A stretch of DNA of 64,000 nt from Eledone cirrhosa (GCA_964016885.1 OZ024749.1:30752001-30816000), one strand, 5' to 3'. Positions 40,143-53,742 are shown, counted from the first letter of the stretch. The notes: generated by a model not told the origin, from the sequence alone. A program made the numbers and translations.

Positions 40143-41471
40143 GGCTTACTAAACACATATGCGGTTTATTCATATAAAAAAAAAATTATCTTTCTTCCTT
40201 TTCTTACTCTTGTCTCTCCTTACATATATATCTTCCTTTTATTTCGGATGAAGTATTAAAGTCCACACGTTAAGACAGTGTTTTTGCAATTTTAATCGAC
40301 ACACTCATATATACCATTAATGTACTATATTGTTTTCCTGTATGCTTTTTCCTGACTGTTTTATGCCTACACACTCAATCACACACATATATATACATAC
40401 ATGTAAATATATAGCCACTAACACACAGACAAACAGACGGTGATGTAGGCACACATACGCCCACGCCACACCTATACATATGTATATATATTTATATATA
40501 CGTTTGTCGTGTATATATATGTATAACGAGTGTGAAAGCGTGCTTAAATGTGAGTGTGTGTGTAAGTGTGAGTATGATATATATGTGTAAGTGAATGTGT
40601 GTGTTTGTGTATAAATTACAAGACAAATAATTTAAGAAACTTTTCATTAGATAATTCTCTGGAAGAGCTAATAAACGTTAAAAGAAAAATTGCGGAACAT
40701 AACTAACGGTTTTCTATTTTTTTAGTTCGTTTACATCTAATTTGTTTGCTCGTTATTCTAATATCACCTGCTTTCATTGAACCAGAACGAACATTAATTA
40801 ACAGAAGACCTCTTAGAATAAACCAATATGAAGATTATCCAGTACAACAGACACCATAAACAGGAATACAAACAATAAAAAGGAACAAGAAAAGAAAAAC
40901 AGGAAAAGCAAAACATATATATACAAAGTGAATACACAGGCATTATTTGATTAAATGATAATATATGAGCTGTAATGAGAAGACAAAGAATCGTGCAGTG
41001 TCCGGGTGCTGTTTGATGAATAGAATTTGAAGCTGTTTACTGTATCCAATTGAAAACTTTTACTCATAAACTTAGCAACTATTTGTATACGGCCAGTTCA
41101 ATAAAATTGGTTACTCGATTCAGTACATTAGCTACATGATTAATGTTTCCCCACCTCATTCTCATCAATAAATAGGAATAGCTATATGGAAGATGTGTGG
41201 CTTACACTGATAAATGAGGTTTACGTCTGTATTTCCCCACGTTCAGGAGTTTAAATCCCATTTCAGCGGATCAACTTTGCCGTGCAAAATGCTTCACAGT
41301 CAATTAGATAAGATTGGCAGGCTGGCTGATTAAGCTGATTGTGATGTCTTATGAAATGTTTGATGATTATATATATATATATATATATATACATATATAT
41401 ATACATATGTCCCAAGGCTCTGATACTATCAACACTATAAACACAGAGCTGGCATATCTAAGAACTGACTA

Positions 41472-41527
41472 ACTGCCTGATGAGTTCATAGCCATTCAAT
41501 GGCTATCATCGAAATATATATACCAGT
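41472..41527 (+). ncRNA. Type I hammerhead, partly decayed
   Basis: actgc-CTGATGA-gttc-atagcca-ttcaa-tggctat-catc-GAAA-tatata-TA-ccagt. Confidence 0.65.
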
Positions 41528-41929
41528 AAACAAAGGATTATGAGTTCATGCAATTGACTTATGTTTCGCCACTATATACATATATATATATATTGTTATA
41601 CTTGTGGAGGATCATATTGTTGTAATAATATTGCCAGAAATAATAACAGAACACACTCACTGTTTGGTTGGTTTTCGCTTCTGTAACTTTTATATCTCCA
41701 CAGTTAATTCATTCGGTCCTCAAGTTTAGTAATATTTGTTTAGACACACGATTTCATATAAAAAACCTCGCAAAACAAATATATATATATATATATATAT
41801 GAATGTATATATAGTGTATTTTGCAATACACTGTATGCTTAATTAAAAGCATTTTTAAGACCTTACGCCATTATTTTAGAGTAGTGAGAGTCTCACTTAC
41901 TTTAAATTTTCAGCAAACAGGGGAGATAA

Positions 41930-41974
41930 AGCTGACAGAGCTCTGTTTCGTACTATTGGGTACTTATCAAAGCT
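41930..41974 (-). ncRNA. Type I hammerhead, U3-A8 variant
   Basis: rc: agct-TTGATAA-gtac-ccaata-gtac-GAAA-cagagctctg-TC-agct. Confidence 0.85.
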
Positions 41975-42301
41975 AAGTACTCCAACTGTCTGCTGAAAAT
42001 CATGAATGTTTGATTCTTATAGAATTTAGTAATAATCAGGAACTGATTATACAGAGCGCTTGCCGGTCAAACAGAAATTGAAAATTAGAATTGGTGTTCT
42101 GAAATAGCGATATATATATGAATGTATATATAGTGTATTTTGCAATACACTGTATGCTTAATTAAAAGCATTTTGAAGACCTTACGCTATTGTTTTAGAG
42201 TAGTGACAGTCTCACTTACTTTAAATTTTCTGTTCCTGATTATTACTAGAATTCTATAAGAATCAAACATTCATGATTTTCAGCAGACAGGTGGAGTACT
42301 T

Positions 42302-42346
42302 AGCTTTGATAAGTACCAAATAGTACGAAACAGAGCTCTGTCAGCT
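42302..42346 (+). ncRNA. Type I hammerhead, U3-A8 variant
   Basis: agct-TTGATAA-gtac-caaata-gtac-GAAA-cagagctctg-TC-agct: GUC site and 12-nt palindromic stem III. Confidence 0.88.
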
Positions 42347-42511
42347 TTATCTCCCCCTGTTTGCTGAAAATTTAAAGTAAGTGAGACTTTCACTACTCTA
42401 AAACAATAGCGTAAGGTCTTCAAAATGCTTTTAATTAAGCATACAGTGTATTGCAAAATACACTATATATACATTCATATATATATCGCTATTTCAGAGC
42501 ACCAATTCTAA

Positions 42512-42591
<80 letters not shown>

Positions 42592-42642
42592 TATCAAAAT
42601 CAAAATCAAAATATTATTCCAAAGAGAGGAAATTGGAACGTT

Positions 42643-42700
42643 ATCCACTGAAGATTCCTTAAACTCTGGAGAAGGGATTTTAGGTCCCGAAATATTGGAT
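42643..42700 (+). ncRNA. Minimal hammerhead-like motif with two core boxes
   Basis: atcca-CTGAAGA...CTGGAGA-a-gggatt-tta-ggtccc-GAAA-ta-TT-ggat. Confidence 0.4.
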
Positions 42701-42809
42701 GATAAAAGAACAACAACAACAAAACAAAAAAAAGAATACCAGGTAACTTTTAATTTTCGTTACCTCATCTGACAGTCCATTTTGTATTGTTTAGCTTTGT
42801 ATCTTCCAA

Positions 42810-42845
<36 letters not shown>

Positions 42846-42859
42846 TATATATATATATA

Positions 42860-43050
42860 AGATTGGAAGTGGTAAAAACTAGCTAGACCATTACCCACCA
42901 GAGTACTCGATACTTGGGGTAGTAGAGTGGGTAATATGAAAACATCCAGGACCCCGACGGCTGAGCTCCAGCCGTTTCTACAACTAGATCCAAACTGCGA
43001 TCTAGCTGTTTGAAACGGCCGGAGCTCAGCCGTGGGGCTCCAGAACATTT
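42860..43050. mobile_element. Family B fold-back module (diverged subfamily)
   Basis: ccccgacggctgagctccagccgtttc...gaaacggccggagctcagccgtgggg. Confidence 0.65.
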
Positions 43051-43062
43051 ATATATATATAT

Positions 43063-44245
43063 GACGTGCGAAACAACAATCGCACCACCCCGCGTGCTGT
43101 GAGTTGTAATGGTGCTAACGACAGCTGCGGTAGCGTAGGTAACAACGTAGGCAGCAACAATGATAGCCTTACCGTGGGAAATAGACGGAATCGCGACAGA
43201 AATTGCAACTGCCGCGACAGAGGACGTGCCCCCTTAGAGGATACTGCTTGACTGGTAGGGTTATATATAGATGCACTATAACTAGCCACAATAGCGTTAC
43301 ACATTATATGGGGGTTACCTCGGGCCCGTTCAAAATTAGGATTCGAACACATCTCCACTCTTTCACAAATAAAAAAACTAAGACACTCCACTTCGCTCGC
43401 GGACTACATTACATTACTAAATGACTTAAACATCAGCTTCTCCACGCACTGGGATATTGTCGGCAGGGCTGCACCGTACAACTTCAAGAGTAAATGCGAT
43501 CTTTGCCTCATGGAGCTCTACCACATCATAACTGCACCCCACGAGCTCATCAACAGCAGAGCTGAAACAGCGATGAGTTGTACACAGATGTCTTCAGATG
43601 GGTTAAGGATGAGGAGTGAAACTGTGCACCGGATCTGCCTGCAACAAGTTATAACACTCCGGCGGGCAGGCGCTGCAAAATAACACCCAGGAAACTATCA
43701 TTGCATACCAGACCCAGCCCCAAACGACTCAGACAAACAGATGCGCTAAAAAAAAACTCTCAAAATAAGCGTTGATTACATGCGTATCGACAATGGTAAG
43801 GTTGTAACCTCATCTTGTAGCGGATAAAAAAAATTGTCCGGGAAAGACTGCCCTAACAACGGCCAGAGTTACCTCCCTTGACCTGCTGCAAAATCAAAAC
43901 AAGTTATTTTTGCGAGCAATGAACCTTGACGTGGATTTAACCCCCAAAACTCTTTCCGAGCAATGTGAGGAACACTTTTGATTATTTATGCCCTTGAGAA
44001 GCCCAACTGGGCGAAACGTACATAGGTGCTGTTTTAAAAAAACATTTTTTAACGGTCTATTCTCCGATTTCTTACTTTCCCACGTGCTTACACCTCTGCT
44101 AACTCTCTAGCCCACTAAATATTAACACTTCGAATATTTAATACTGCCGGCACTAGTATCGTGCACCTTTGGCATACGCTACTTGGCAAATAACTATATG
44201 TATCACCTATCCTCCCCTTTTTTTCTCTCTCTCGATACATAAATA
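43063..44245 (+). mobile_element. Penelope-like element (Neptune-type) 3' end: GIY-YIG endonuclease remnant plus pLTR
   Basis: Across frameshifts: CNCRD..CPLRGYCLTGRVIYRCTITSHNSVTHYMGVTSGPFKIRIRTHLHSF ... APYNFKSKCDLCLMELYHII...LINSRAE. Hammerhead follows at 43992. Confidence 0.88.
43992..44026 (+). ncRNA. Minimal hammerhead, U3-A8 variant, in the PLE pLTR
   Basis: cc-TTGAGAA-gccc-aact-gggc-GAAA-cgtaca-TA-gg. Confidence 0.7.
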
Positions 44246-44564
44246 CTGTATATGTATATATATATATTTGTGTGTGTATGTATAGAACCAGGTTTACAAT
44301 TTATCCTTTGCGGGTTGATAAACAAAACACTAGTGAAGTACTGAGATCTATACCCCTTCTCTTTCTTTCTCACCCATTATCTATCACTAACACACACACA
44401 CTCTCTCTTTTTTTTACTCTCTGTCGCTCAAACCCTCATGATTGGGAGTAAATATGTCGTATTTCCAATCATATTACATATACCATGATCAAATACGAAG
44501 TCCTCCACATAAAAATGTTTTACTAGGTTCACACTTCGTAAATACTCCACCAGTGGACAGTGAT

Positions 44565-45178
44565 TACCCTAGGTTCAGGCCTGGAAGCATCACTGCCACC
44601 ATACAGTGGTTTGTCTGTGTACAGAACTGGTAGCAACATTGCCAACATCCAATGCTGAGCTTTGGTTGAAAGCTGATAGCAACAACGCCAATAATGAACG
44701 GTTTGCATAGGTCACAGCTGGTAGCACCACCATTACCAAAATTCAATGGTTTACCTAGGTTCACAGTTCTTACCACAATGCCAACATCGAATGGTTTCCC
44801 TGGGTGTAGAGCTAGTAGTTACATTACCAATATGCAATGCTTTGCTTAGGTTCGCAGCAGGCTGCTACCTCACGGATACTAAATGGTTAGCCAAGGTGTA
44901 GAGCTGGTAGCAACATCACCAGCATGCAATTCTTTGTCGAGGTTTAGAGCTGGTAGATATATGACAAACACGCTGGTATTTTCCTAACTCTAGAGCTGGA
45001 AGTTATATCGCCAACATGCGATTAGTTGCCCTTCTTTAGAGCTGGTAGTTATAGGCCAATATGCAATTCTTTGCCTAGGTTTACAGCTAGTAGTTATATC
45101 GTCAACATACAAGTCTTTGCCTAGGTTTAGAGCTGCTATTTGTAACACCAAAATCCAATCGTGTGCCTAGGTTCACAA
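44565..45178. repeat. Diverged ~46-bp tandem repeat, about 13 units
   Basis: Consensus-like cctaggtttagagctggtagcaacatcaccaacatgcaatggtttg. Confidence 0.8.
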
Positions 45179-46270
45179 AATACGTAAACACTAAGAAATT
45201 TGTTCCAATAATTTCGCCAGTACGTTTATTTCATTATGCCATCCTCTTTCATCTGTCAAGTTATTTCTTCAAGCAAAAAGAATTGTGGTATATTTGGTGG
45301 TGGCAGTGATGATGTCGATAGACATGGTAACGCGAGGAATACAAACCGACGTTGACAACAACAACAACAACAGCAACAGCAACGACAACAACAAAAACAC
45401 CTACAATCACGACAAAAATGAATAAAAACGTATCAAGAACGACGGCAACAATAACAAAAATATGACAATAAGGGAAAACAATTAAAAAATCAACGACAGC
45501 AAACCCAATAGCAACAACAACAACAACAACAACTACAACAACAATAACAACGACAACAACTAATACTACGCCAATAACAGAGCAGTAATGATTCAATATA
45601 AGAACAATATCACAACACCATACTGCTAATTCAAGACAATAAATTTCTTCTTCATTTGTAATATTTGAATATATTTCTAGATCGTTCTTTAATGTTAAAT
45701 GTTCCCGCCGTTGGCAGAGAATTCTGGTTTCAGAAGATAAGGCTATCTTAATACTAAAGCAAATTTGGCACCATGGAAACTAGACTGAAATTTTGAAAAT
45801 TTCGAACGTTAACCGCGACATTGTGTTGAACACAAAATAAACATGAAAGAAACGATTAAGTAAAAAAGGAAACAAAAGAAAAGAGACAAAAAAAATAAAG
45901 ACAAATAAAAAAAATGAGACATTCCAAATTATTTCTATCCAATAAAATGAACAAACTTGCGTGTAAATGAAGGTTTGACACATTGATGCTAAAAATGAAA
46001 TATGATTGCATTCTACAGAAAGCTCATTAGAGAAAATGAAAATTCAAGTTAACCGAAATTTACACACATACGTGTCATAATATTAGATGTGTGTATATAT
46101 TTATGCACATCGCTGCAGTCTGTGTTACACATTGTATATATAAACGTATAACTATATCATATATATGTAATAGGTGATTCAGTAGATTGATAGTGTACTG
46201 AGGTGAGTACCAAGATCATCACTATGCTGACAATATTTAATCAATAATGACCTTACTCTCTAACCTAGCC

Positions 46271-46356
<86 letters not shown>

Positions 46357-46477
46357 AATACATATATAGTATGGTGAAAACTCATGTCGTCAAAAGTTCG
46401 TACAGCATGAAGTCCAAATGACGAATTGGGAAATATGCATATATATGTATATATATATATATATATGTATATGCATA

Positions 46478-46561
<84 letters not shown>

Positions 46562-46683
46562 GGAGGTGAGTTTTATTGTAGTACAATAAAAGAATGCAGA
46601 TATCGGATAAGAAGCACTCTACAGTTTGTAGGACTGGAGTATACATAATATAAGATCAAAAGATGGTTAAAGGAGTTCCATGT

Positions 46684-46752
46684 ATTTTATTATGCGCATT
46701 TCAAAAACAAACATCATCATGCAATAATATTTGTGTTTTCATCAGATAAAAC
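46684..46752 (-). ncRNA. Type I hammerhead (mirror copy)
   Basis: Reverse complement of 46873-46941. Confidence 0.85.
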
Positions 46753-46872
46753 AGGAGAACATGATATGAAGGCTAAAAAACACTTGTGGATAGTGCAGTT
46801 TTAAATCAACATATGTTGATTTAAAACTGCACTATCCACAAGTGTTTTTTAGCCTTCATATCATGTTCTCCT

Positions 46873-46941
46873 GTTTTATCTGATGAAAACACAAATATTA
46901 TTGCATGATGATGTTTGTTTTTGAAATGCGCATAATAAAAT
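46873..46941 (+). ncRNA. Type I hammerhead
   Basis: gttttat-CTGATGA-aaacacaaa...tttgttttt-GAAA-tgcgca-TA-ataaaat, with palindromic stem III ATGCGCAT. Confidence 0.85.
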
Positions 46942-46972
46942 ACATGGAACTCCTTTAACCATCTTTTGAACT

Positions 46973-47028
<56 letters not shown>

Positions 47029-47042
47029 ATATATGCATATAT

Positions 47043-47086
<44 letters not shown>

Positions 47087-47202
47087 CGTTTCTGAATTTG
47101 TTTAGCAAGTTTCTTTATCTGAAAACGTGTGTTGAAACCGATATTGTTATACTTTGGGAGGGTCATGTTGCCAATAAGAAAGACACGTACCAGTTGCTTT
47201 CA

Positions 47203-47268
<66 letters not shown>

Positions 47269-47302
47269 CAAAATAACAGATTAAAGTCTTCGCATACATA
47301 TA

Positions 47303-47471
47303 TACCGTATTTCCCGGCGTCGGAGACGCTACTATTTTCCTAAAACAAGTCTAAAAAATCTACCATGCGTCCTGGAGGCCGAAGGTATATTATTTTTTTT
47401 TAAATTTTTGTTTGTCAAACTTAGGGTGTCTCCTCGAGGACGAAGCGACTTCGGCACCAGGAAATACGGTA
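47303..47471. mobile_element. Tc2/pogo-like MITE
   Basis: TA-CCGTATTTCCCGGCGTCGGAGACGCT ... AGCGACTTCGGCACCAGGAAATACGG-TA terminal inverted repeats. Confidence 0.8.
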
Positions 47472-47668
47472 TATATATATATATATATATATAGATAGAT
47501 ATAGGAATGAATATCTTCGGGATAAGATCAGTTACATTCGAATGGGATCATCAGTGACGCCTGTGCTGATGATTACATGTGCATGTATGTATGTATTTAT
47601 CTATGTATATATAAGATTGCGTATCAGTCTCCCCCCCTCCCCTCTCTCTCTCTCACCTACACTCTCTC

Positions 47669-47722
<54 letters not shown>

Positions 47723-48305
47723 GTTGGTTGCACGTGTATAGCTAATGAATGACAATCAACATTAAACAATAAAGCAGATATATTTACATGAGACTAATAA
47801 GTTCTCTGTCATCCGTGAGAGAGCACCATCTGTATTGTTTTATTTACTCTCTCTGAAATGGATGTCCCGCCATCATTAAATTGGACATTGGAACTGATGT
47901 TGACTCAAATGGCTGTGCATTTATTTATACTAGTATAGTACTAATCTGAAATGGCGTACTTTATACAAAATATATTATTTTCATCATGGCATAATTGGAA
48001 TATACAATGTAAAGATTGCTTGAATACTTGATTTTCTTGAGTGGCTCCCTCATGCCCCTCAGGTCCATTGACATTTTTTATTTTAGATTCATTTAAACTA
48101 CAGTAATCTTCATCCATATATTCTTTAATAATATCAAACATATATCAACTAAGTTACGATTAATATGTTCTATTAACCAATCACTCAATCGATCTATCTA
48201 TCTATCTCTCTATATATCTAATTATTTATCTATTTTTCCATTACTCTATCTATTTATTTATCTATCTACCTAAATTTCACTCTCTGTCTCTGCATATATA
48301 TATAT

Positions 48306-48383
48306 ACAGGGTGTCCCAAAAATGTATACACACATCAACGGCATTCTAATAAATATACGTAAACATTTTTTGGGACACCCTGT
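48306..48383. mobile_element. Tc1/mariner-like mini-MITE
   Basis: CAGGGTGTCCCAAAAA ... TTTTTGGGACACCCTG terminal inverted repeats. Confidence 0.75.
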
Positions 48384-48401
48384 CTCTATATGTATACATC
48401 C

Positions 48402-48515
<114 letters not shown>

Positions 48516-48654
48516 TGAGAGAGATAAATCTACCAAAAGTTTACGGTAGTGTCCAATCCGTATGAAGAACTCAATGTAATTCGGATATCATGGAAAGAAG
48601 AGATGCATTCAAAAATCACTTTCGGTGAAAGATAAACGGAATACAGAGTCAAGA

Positions 48655-49005
48655 TAAAATATTAAAAAAATAATGAATAAAACAATGAAACAGTTCCTTA
48701 TATTAAACAAAAAAAGAAAAAAAAAAGTTCATTATTTAACGATCGTTTCTAGGACATATATGTGTTAGAATTGGCATGCATATTCAAAAGATCTATGTAC
48801 AAAATTATTTCTGAAGACAGCATATATATGTGATGGTATGTATATTCTCTTTGATAGTTTGTATAATTTTGTACATAGATCTTTTGAATATGCATGCCAA
48901 TTCTAACACATATATGTCCTAGAAACGATCGTTAAATAATGAACTTTTTTTGTTTAATATAAGGAACTGTTTCATTGTTTTATTCATTATTTTTTTAATA
49001 TTTTA
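48655..49005. mobile_element. Fold-back hammerhead module
   Basis: 48655-48808 is the reverse complement of ~48862-49005. Confidence 0.85.
48804..48940 (+). ncRNA. Type I hammerhead with ~100-nt stem II
   Basis: attattt-CTGAAGA-[atatatgtg..tggtatgtatattc // gaatatgcatgcca..cacatatat]-GAAA-cgatcg-TT-aaataat. Confidence 0.8.
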
Positions 49006-49045
49006 TATATATATATATATAGATAGATATATATTTATATATATA

Positions 49046-49275
49046 GGGAAGGAGTACAAACTCTTCATACTCCTGGAGATGAGGGTTGCACATTTTTTTT
49101 TTTGGGGGGGGGGGTATGTGTTACCCATATAAACTGTCTCCCCCTATTGGGGAAAATCGACTAACTTTTTAAATTGTATTTGTGATAACATTTTACACGT
49201 TTTTATTGTATGTAAACTTCCCCCTTTGTATGTGTCCCCTTCTTTTGTGCCCCTGTGGCTAATAAAGAAACATAT
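49046..49275 (+). mobile_element. Tx1-related 3' UTR fragment
   Basis: agggttgcaca..., gtaaacttccccctttgta and gcccctgtggctaataaagaaa match 6980-7220. Followed by atatctatatctat. Confidence 0.75.
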
Positions 49276-49538
49276 CTATATCTATATATCTATATATATA
49301 TATATATATGAGATGTGGCAGAAATGTTCGTGGCTTGAAAGCTGTTACAGAGTTCTGGTCGTAGGCAGTAGGAACAACCTTCCGATTACTATTTACGTGG
49401 CTTTGAAAACTGAAGGACCGCTGCAATATGTTAGTGAATCTGAGAACGGAATATGTTGAATAAAAAATCATAATTAACTGATTCTCCTGTATTTTTGTAC
49501 CCAAAGCCAGAAACCTTTTAGCACCCCCTCACCCATAC

Positions 49539-49599
<61 letters not shown>

Positions 49600-49603
<4 letters not shown>

Positions 49604-49857
49604 ATTATAATAAATTTGAAGACTAAAATCCAAAGAGGGCTCGATAAGGATAAATATATATCAAATATATAAGAACCGTAGAGCAAATATTTATTAAAAT
49701 AACAGATTAAAGTTTAAGCAAAGAATCGCTGCTTTCACCCTTAACGGGATCTTCTGAAGATCCCGTTAAGGGTGAAAGCAGCGATTCTTTGCTTAAACTT
49801 TAATCTGTTATTTTAATAAATATATATATATATAGTAATAATAATAAAATTGAAGAC

Positions 49858-49860
<3 letters not shown>
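49600..49860. mobile_element. Family F fold-back module (palindrome 49687-49823) with partial hammerhead
   Basis: Centre at 49755 inside CTGAAGA-tccc-gttaa-ggg-t-GAAA-gcagc. Relatives at 22250-22310, 58430-58605 and 60250-60422. Confidence 0.75.
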
Positions 49861-49903
<43 letters not shown>

Positions 49904-50501
49904 TGTGTGTGTGTGTGAGTGTGTCTGTATCAATGACCGTATATATGTTAACGTTTACTATAAACACCCAGGGTCGTGAACCTTCATGTCTATGTGTAAC
50001 TTTGTGAAAATCAATCAACATGAATCATTAAAGGATGAAGGCGTAATACGTCCTGGGATCTATATTATTGGTAAATATCCTTGAACACAGTACTGCAGCA
50101 TGACGTCTGTCTTCTGATTGGAACTAGTAAAAGATAAAAAGAAAGCATTGGGACATCGATTATTATTAGAAAAATATGACGAAGAATCGAACGAATGATT
50201 ATGTAATAAAAAAAAATAATAGTTGATTCTGTAAAATTGAGGAAATATTTTCAATAATAATTGCAATATATTCGGGAATATAGCTGCTCTTTATTTTATC
50301 GAACTTCAATCAATACTGAAAATAATTCTGAAATATCTAAACCCACTCTATAAGGTGTTCGAAGGAAAATACAATCTCTTTAGAAGGTATTCAGCTCGAA
50401 AATGTAATTTATTTGAAATAAATGTCCTTTAACATCCATTATATATATATATATATGTGTGTGTGTATACATATCTATTTATTTAAATATATATATATAT
50501 A

Positions 50502-50589
<88 letters not shown>

Positions 50590-50593
<4 letters not shown>

Positions 50594-50785
50594 ACAAAGT
50601 AATTGTGGTAAGGAACCAGATGGACTATAACGCACCAAATTACTCAATACTTAGGGTAGTTAAGTGGGTAATAGGAACAAGTATGACCCCGACGGCAGAG
50701 CTCAAGCCGTTTCGACGGCTATTTCTGTAAATAGCTGTCGAAACGGCTTGAGTTCTGCCGTCGGGGTCATACTTGTTCCTATATG
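50590..50785. mobile_element. Family B fold-back module
   Basis: Hairpin ~50671-50782. Flanked by (TA)n. Confidence 0.75.
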
Positions 50786-50807
50786 TATATATATATATTT
50801 ATATATA

Positions 50808-50859
<52 letters not shown>

Positions 50860-51285
50860 CGTATATATATATATATATATTAAAATATTTATATATATAT
50901 ATATATGTATATACATATATATATTTGGGGTAGAAAATAGGACTGTTCTGAAGGAACATAGAGGAAGACAGTATATAATTTGCATTTATTGATCATCGTG
51001 AGGGATTTTAATAGCATAAATTGGCACCTTAAATACAATAGAGCCACACAAGATACGGTATCACATTAATTCCGATACCCAAAACCAATATGAAACTCCA
51101 CCATATCCAACTACACATATCGTATGAGATGAACATTCTAGTTGTTTAAAAAGAAAGTAAATTTAAAATTTAAAACACAGATTTATATATATATATATAT
51201 ATACAAACATCTATATATCTATATATGAAAAAAAACATATTCATATATATATACACATATATATATGTACACACACATGTATATG

Positions 51286-51322
<37 letters not shown>

Positions 51323-51376
51323 ATATACATATATATATGTACACATATATATATATATGTACATATATATATATAC

Positions 51377-51438
<62 letters not shown>

Positions 51439-51812
51439 GTATATATATATATGTACATATATATATATACATATATGTATATATATATATATAATATATA
51501 TATATATTTACATATATTTTTATACATATATATATAAATAAATAAACACATATATATATATATATATTATATAAACAGATATAATATATATATTATATAT
51601 ATATTAGAGGAATTGAAAGTCTTTCACATCATATGATATAATGTAAAATGAAATGAAATAAAATATATTAAAAAGATTTGATAAAAAATGCAATGAGGAG
51701 ATTTTATATAGATATTAGTTGGACAAAAACAATTTGTTATTGACGGCACTGGATTGTAAATCATTTAATATTTAATACATAAAAGTCTAGACATATATAC
51801 ATGTAACTATAT

Positions 51813-51965
<153 letters not shown>

Positions 51966-52044
51966 TATATATATATATTTACATATATATATATATACAT
52001 GTATGTACATATATATATATATACGTATATATATACATATATAT

Positions 52045-52123
<79 letters not shown>

Positions 52124-52198
52124 TATATATATATATTTACATATATATATATGTACATACATATATATATATACGTATATATATACATATATATATAT

Positions 52199-52250
<52 letters not shown>

Positions 52251-52408
52251 ACACATATATATATATATATATACATACAAGTATATAACTGGATGTTTAC
52301 TTATATAAATCTTACTTTTAAATTGACTTTATTTGCTTAATAAACAACTAATATATACATTTTAAACGATATATGGAGAAGTTGGCTATATTGCTGGAGT
52401 ACCTGTCT

Positions 52409-52533
<125 letters not shown>

Positions 52534-52542
52534 TACATACAT

Positions 52543-52589
<47 letters not shown>

Positions 52590-52966
52590 TTTTCTCTCCA
52601 CACTTCCTCCCACTTGTAGTGCGTTGCAACCGCCATTGGAGACGAGGTCTTCGTGCCCGGTAACTTCTTCATCATCATTCTTAAGGTTACCTTCTTTAAT
52701 TTTTAATTTCATTTTAAGCTCGGCCCACGTAAATCTTTTTTTCAATCTTTCAATTGATTTTCTAATAAATATAAATATGCATGGGTAAACTTGAGAAATC
52801 TTATGGTTCAAAAATATACTCGATAATTACATTTTAAATATTTATTGATTTTAGCCTCGTCATGATTCGAATATCATTTCATTTGTTTTAATATATATAT
52901 ATGTATATGTTTATGTATGTATTTATACGTACACACACACACACACATACTCACACACACACACAT

Positions 52967-53027
<61 letters not shown>

Positions 53028-53209
53028 CATATATATATGTGTGTGTGTATATGTTAATATACATATGTATGTACATATGACTATATATAGACGAAGGAGT
53101 TAAAATGAACACGATGCGAGATGATCTAATATTTAGTCATGTGATCTACCTCCTACATCTTACCAACAATTCTTGACTAGATACAGTCACACTCACACCC
53201 ACACTCACT

Positions 53210-53288
<79 letters not shown>

Positions 53289-53411
53289 TAACAATGATAA
53301 TAAAAAGAATGATGTGTTTAAATCTGCATTACATTTATTAAAGCGTGACGTGCGTTTCGTGATTGATGAGTTCAAGGCTTGGTCTGTACCGATCTGGCCC
53401 GACTTTATATG

Positions 53412-53470
<59 letters not shown>

Positions 53471-53661
53471 TGATAATCCCCCATAAGGTTGAGATGCAAT
53501 TTAGGCAATATTGGGCTGCGCTTTCTAGCAACCAACCCACTCGCCGTAAGCTACCAATCACATTCTTTCTGACTTGACCACTGCCACGTCACAGTTCTTA
53601 GCCATTTTGAATTCGTTTCTGGCGGGGATCACTTAAGAAAATTCTTTGTCCAAATGAGTTT

Positions 53662-53742
53662 GTTTCCTGATGAGTTCGAAGCTTGAGATTTTATCCTTGA
53701 TAGGATATTTTCTAAAGCGAACGACACCCTAAGGGTAGAAAC
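53662..53742 (+). ncRNA. Type I hammerhead (GAAA changed to GACA), homolog of 30468
   Basis: gtttc-CTGATGA-gttcg...cgaac-GACA-ccc-taa-ggg-TA-gaaac. Confidence 0.7.

Larger units (their letters stand above)
41795..42516. mobile_element. Hammerhead module: ~319-nt tandem monomer plus inverted copy
   Basis: gaatgtatatatagtgtattttgc restarts at 41801 and 42120. 42231-42516 is inverted. Confidence 0.85.
46556..46980. mobile_element. Family C fold-back module with a spacer-less palindrome (46656-46969)
   Basis: Centre catatg at 46810-46815, arms ~157 bp. Flanked by (TA)n. Confidence 0.88.

Noticed and set aside
40244-40278. Decayed minimal hammerhead (cggatgaagtattaaagtccacacgttaag)
   Set aside because: Resembles 32174-32210 but has too many core changes to call.
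44565-45178. CRISPR array (gttt-agagct resemblance to Cas9 repeats)
   Set aside because: Units are degenerate and the intervening segments are homologous to each other, not unique spacers.
48557-48640. Hammerhead tccgt-ATGAAGA...GAAA-ga-TA-aacgga
   Set aside because: C3 is mutated without compensation and stems II/III are poorly formed.
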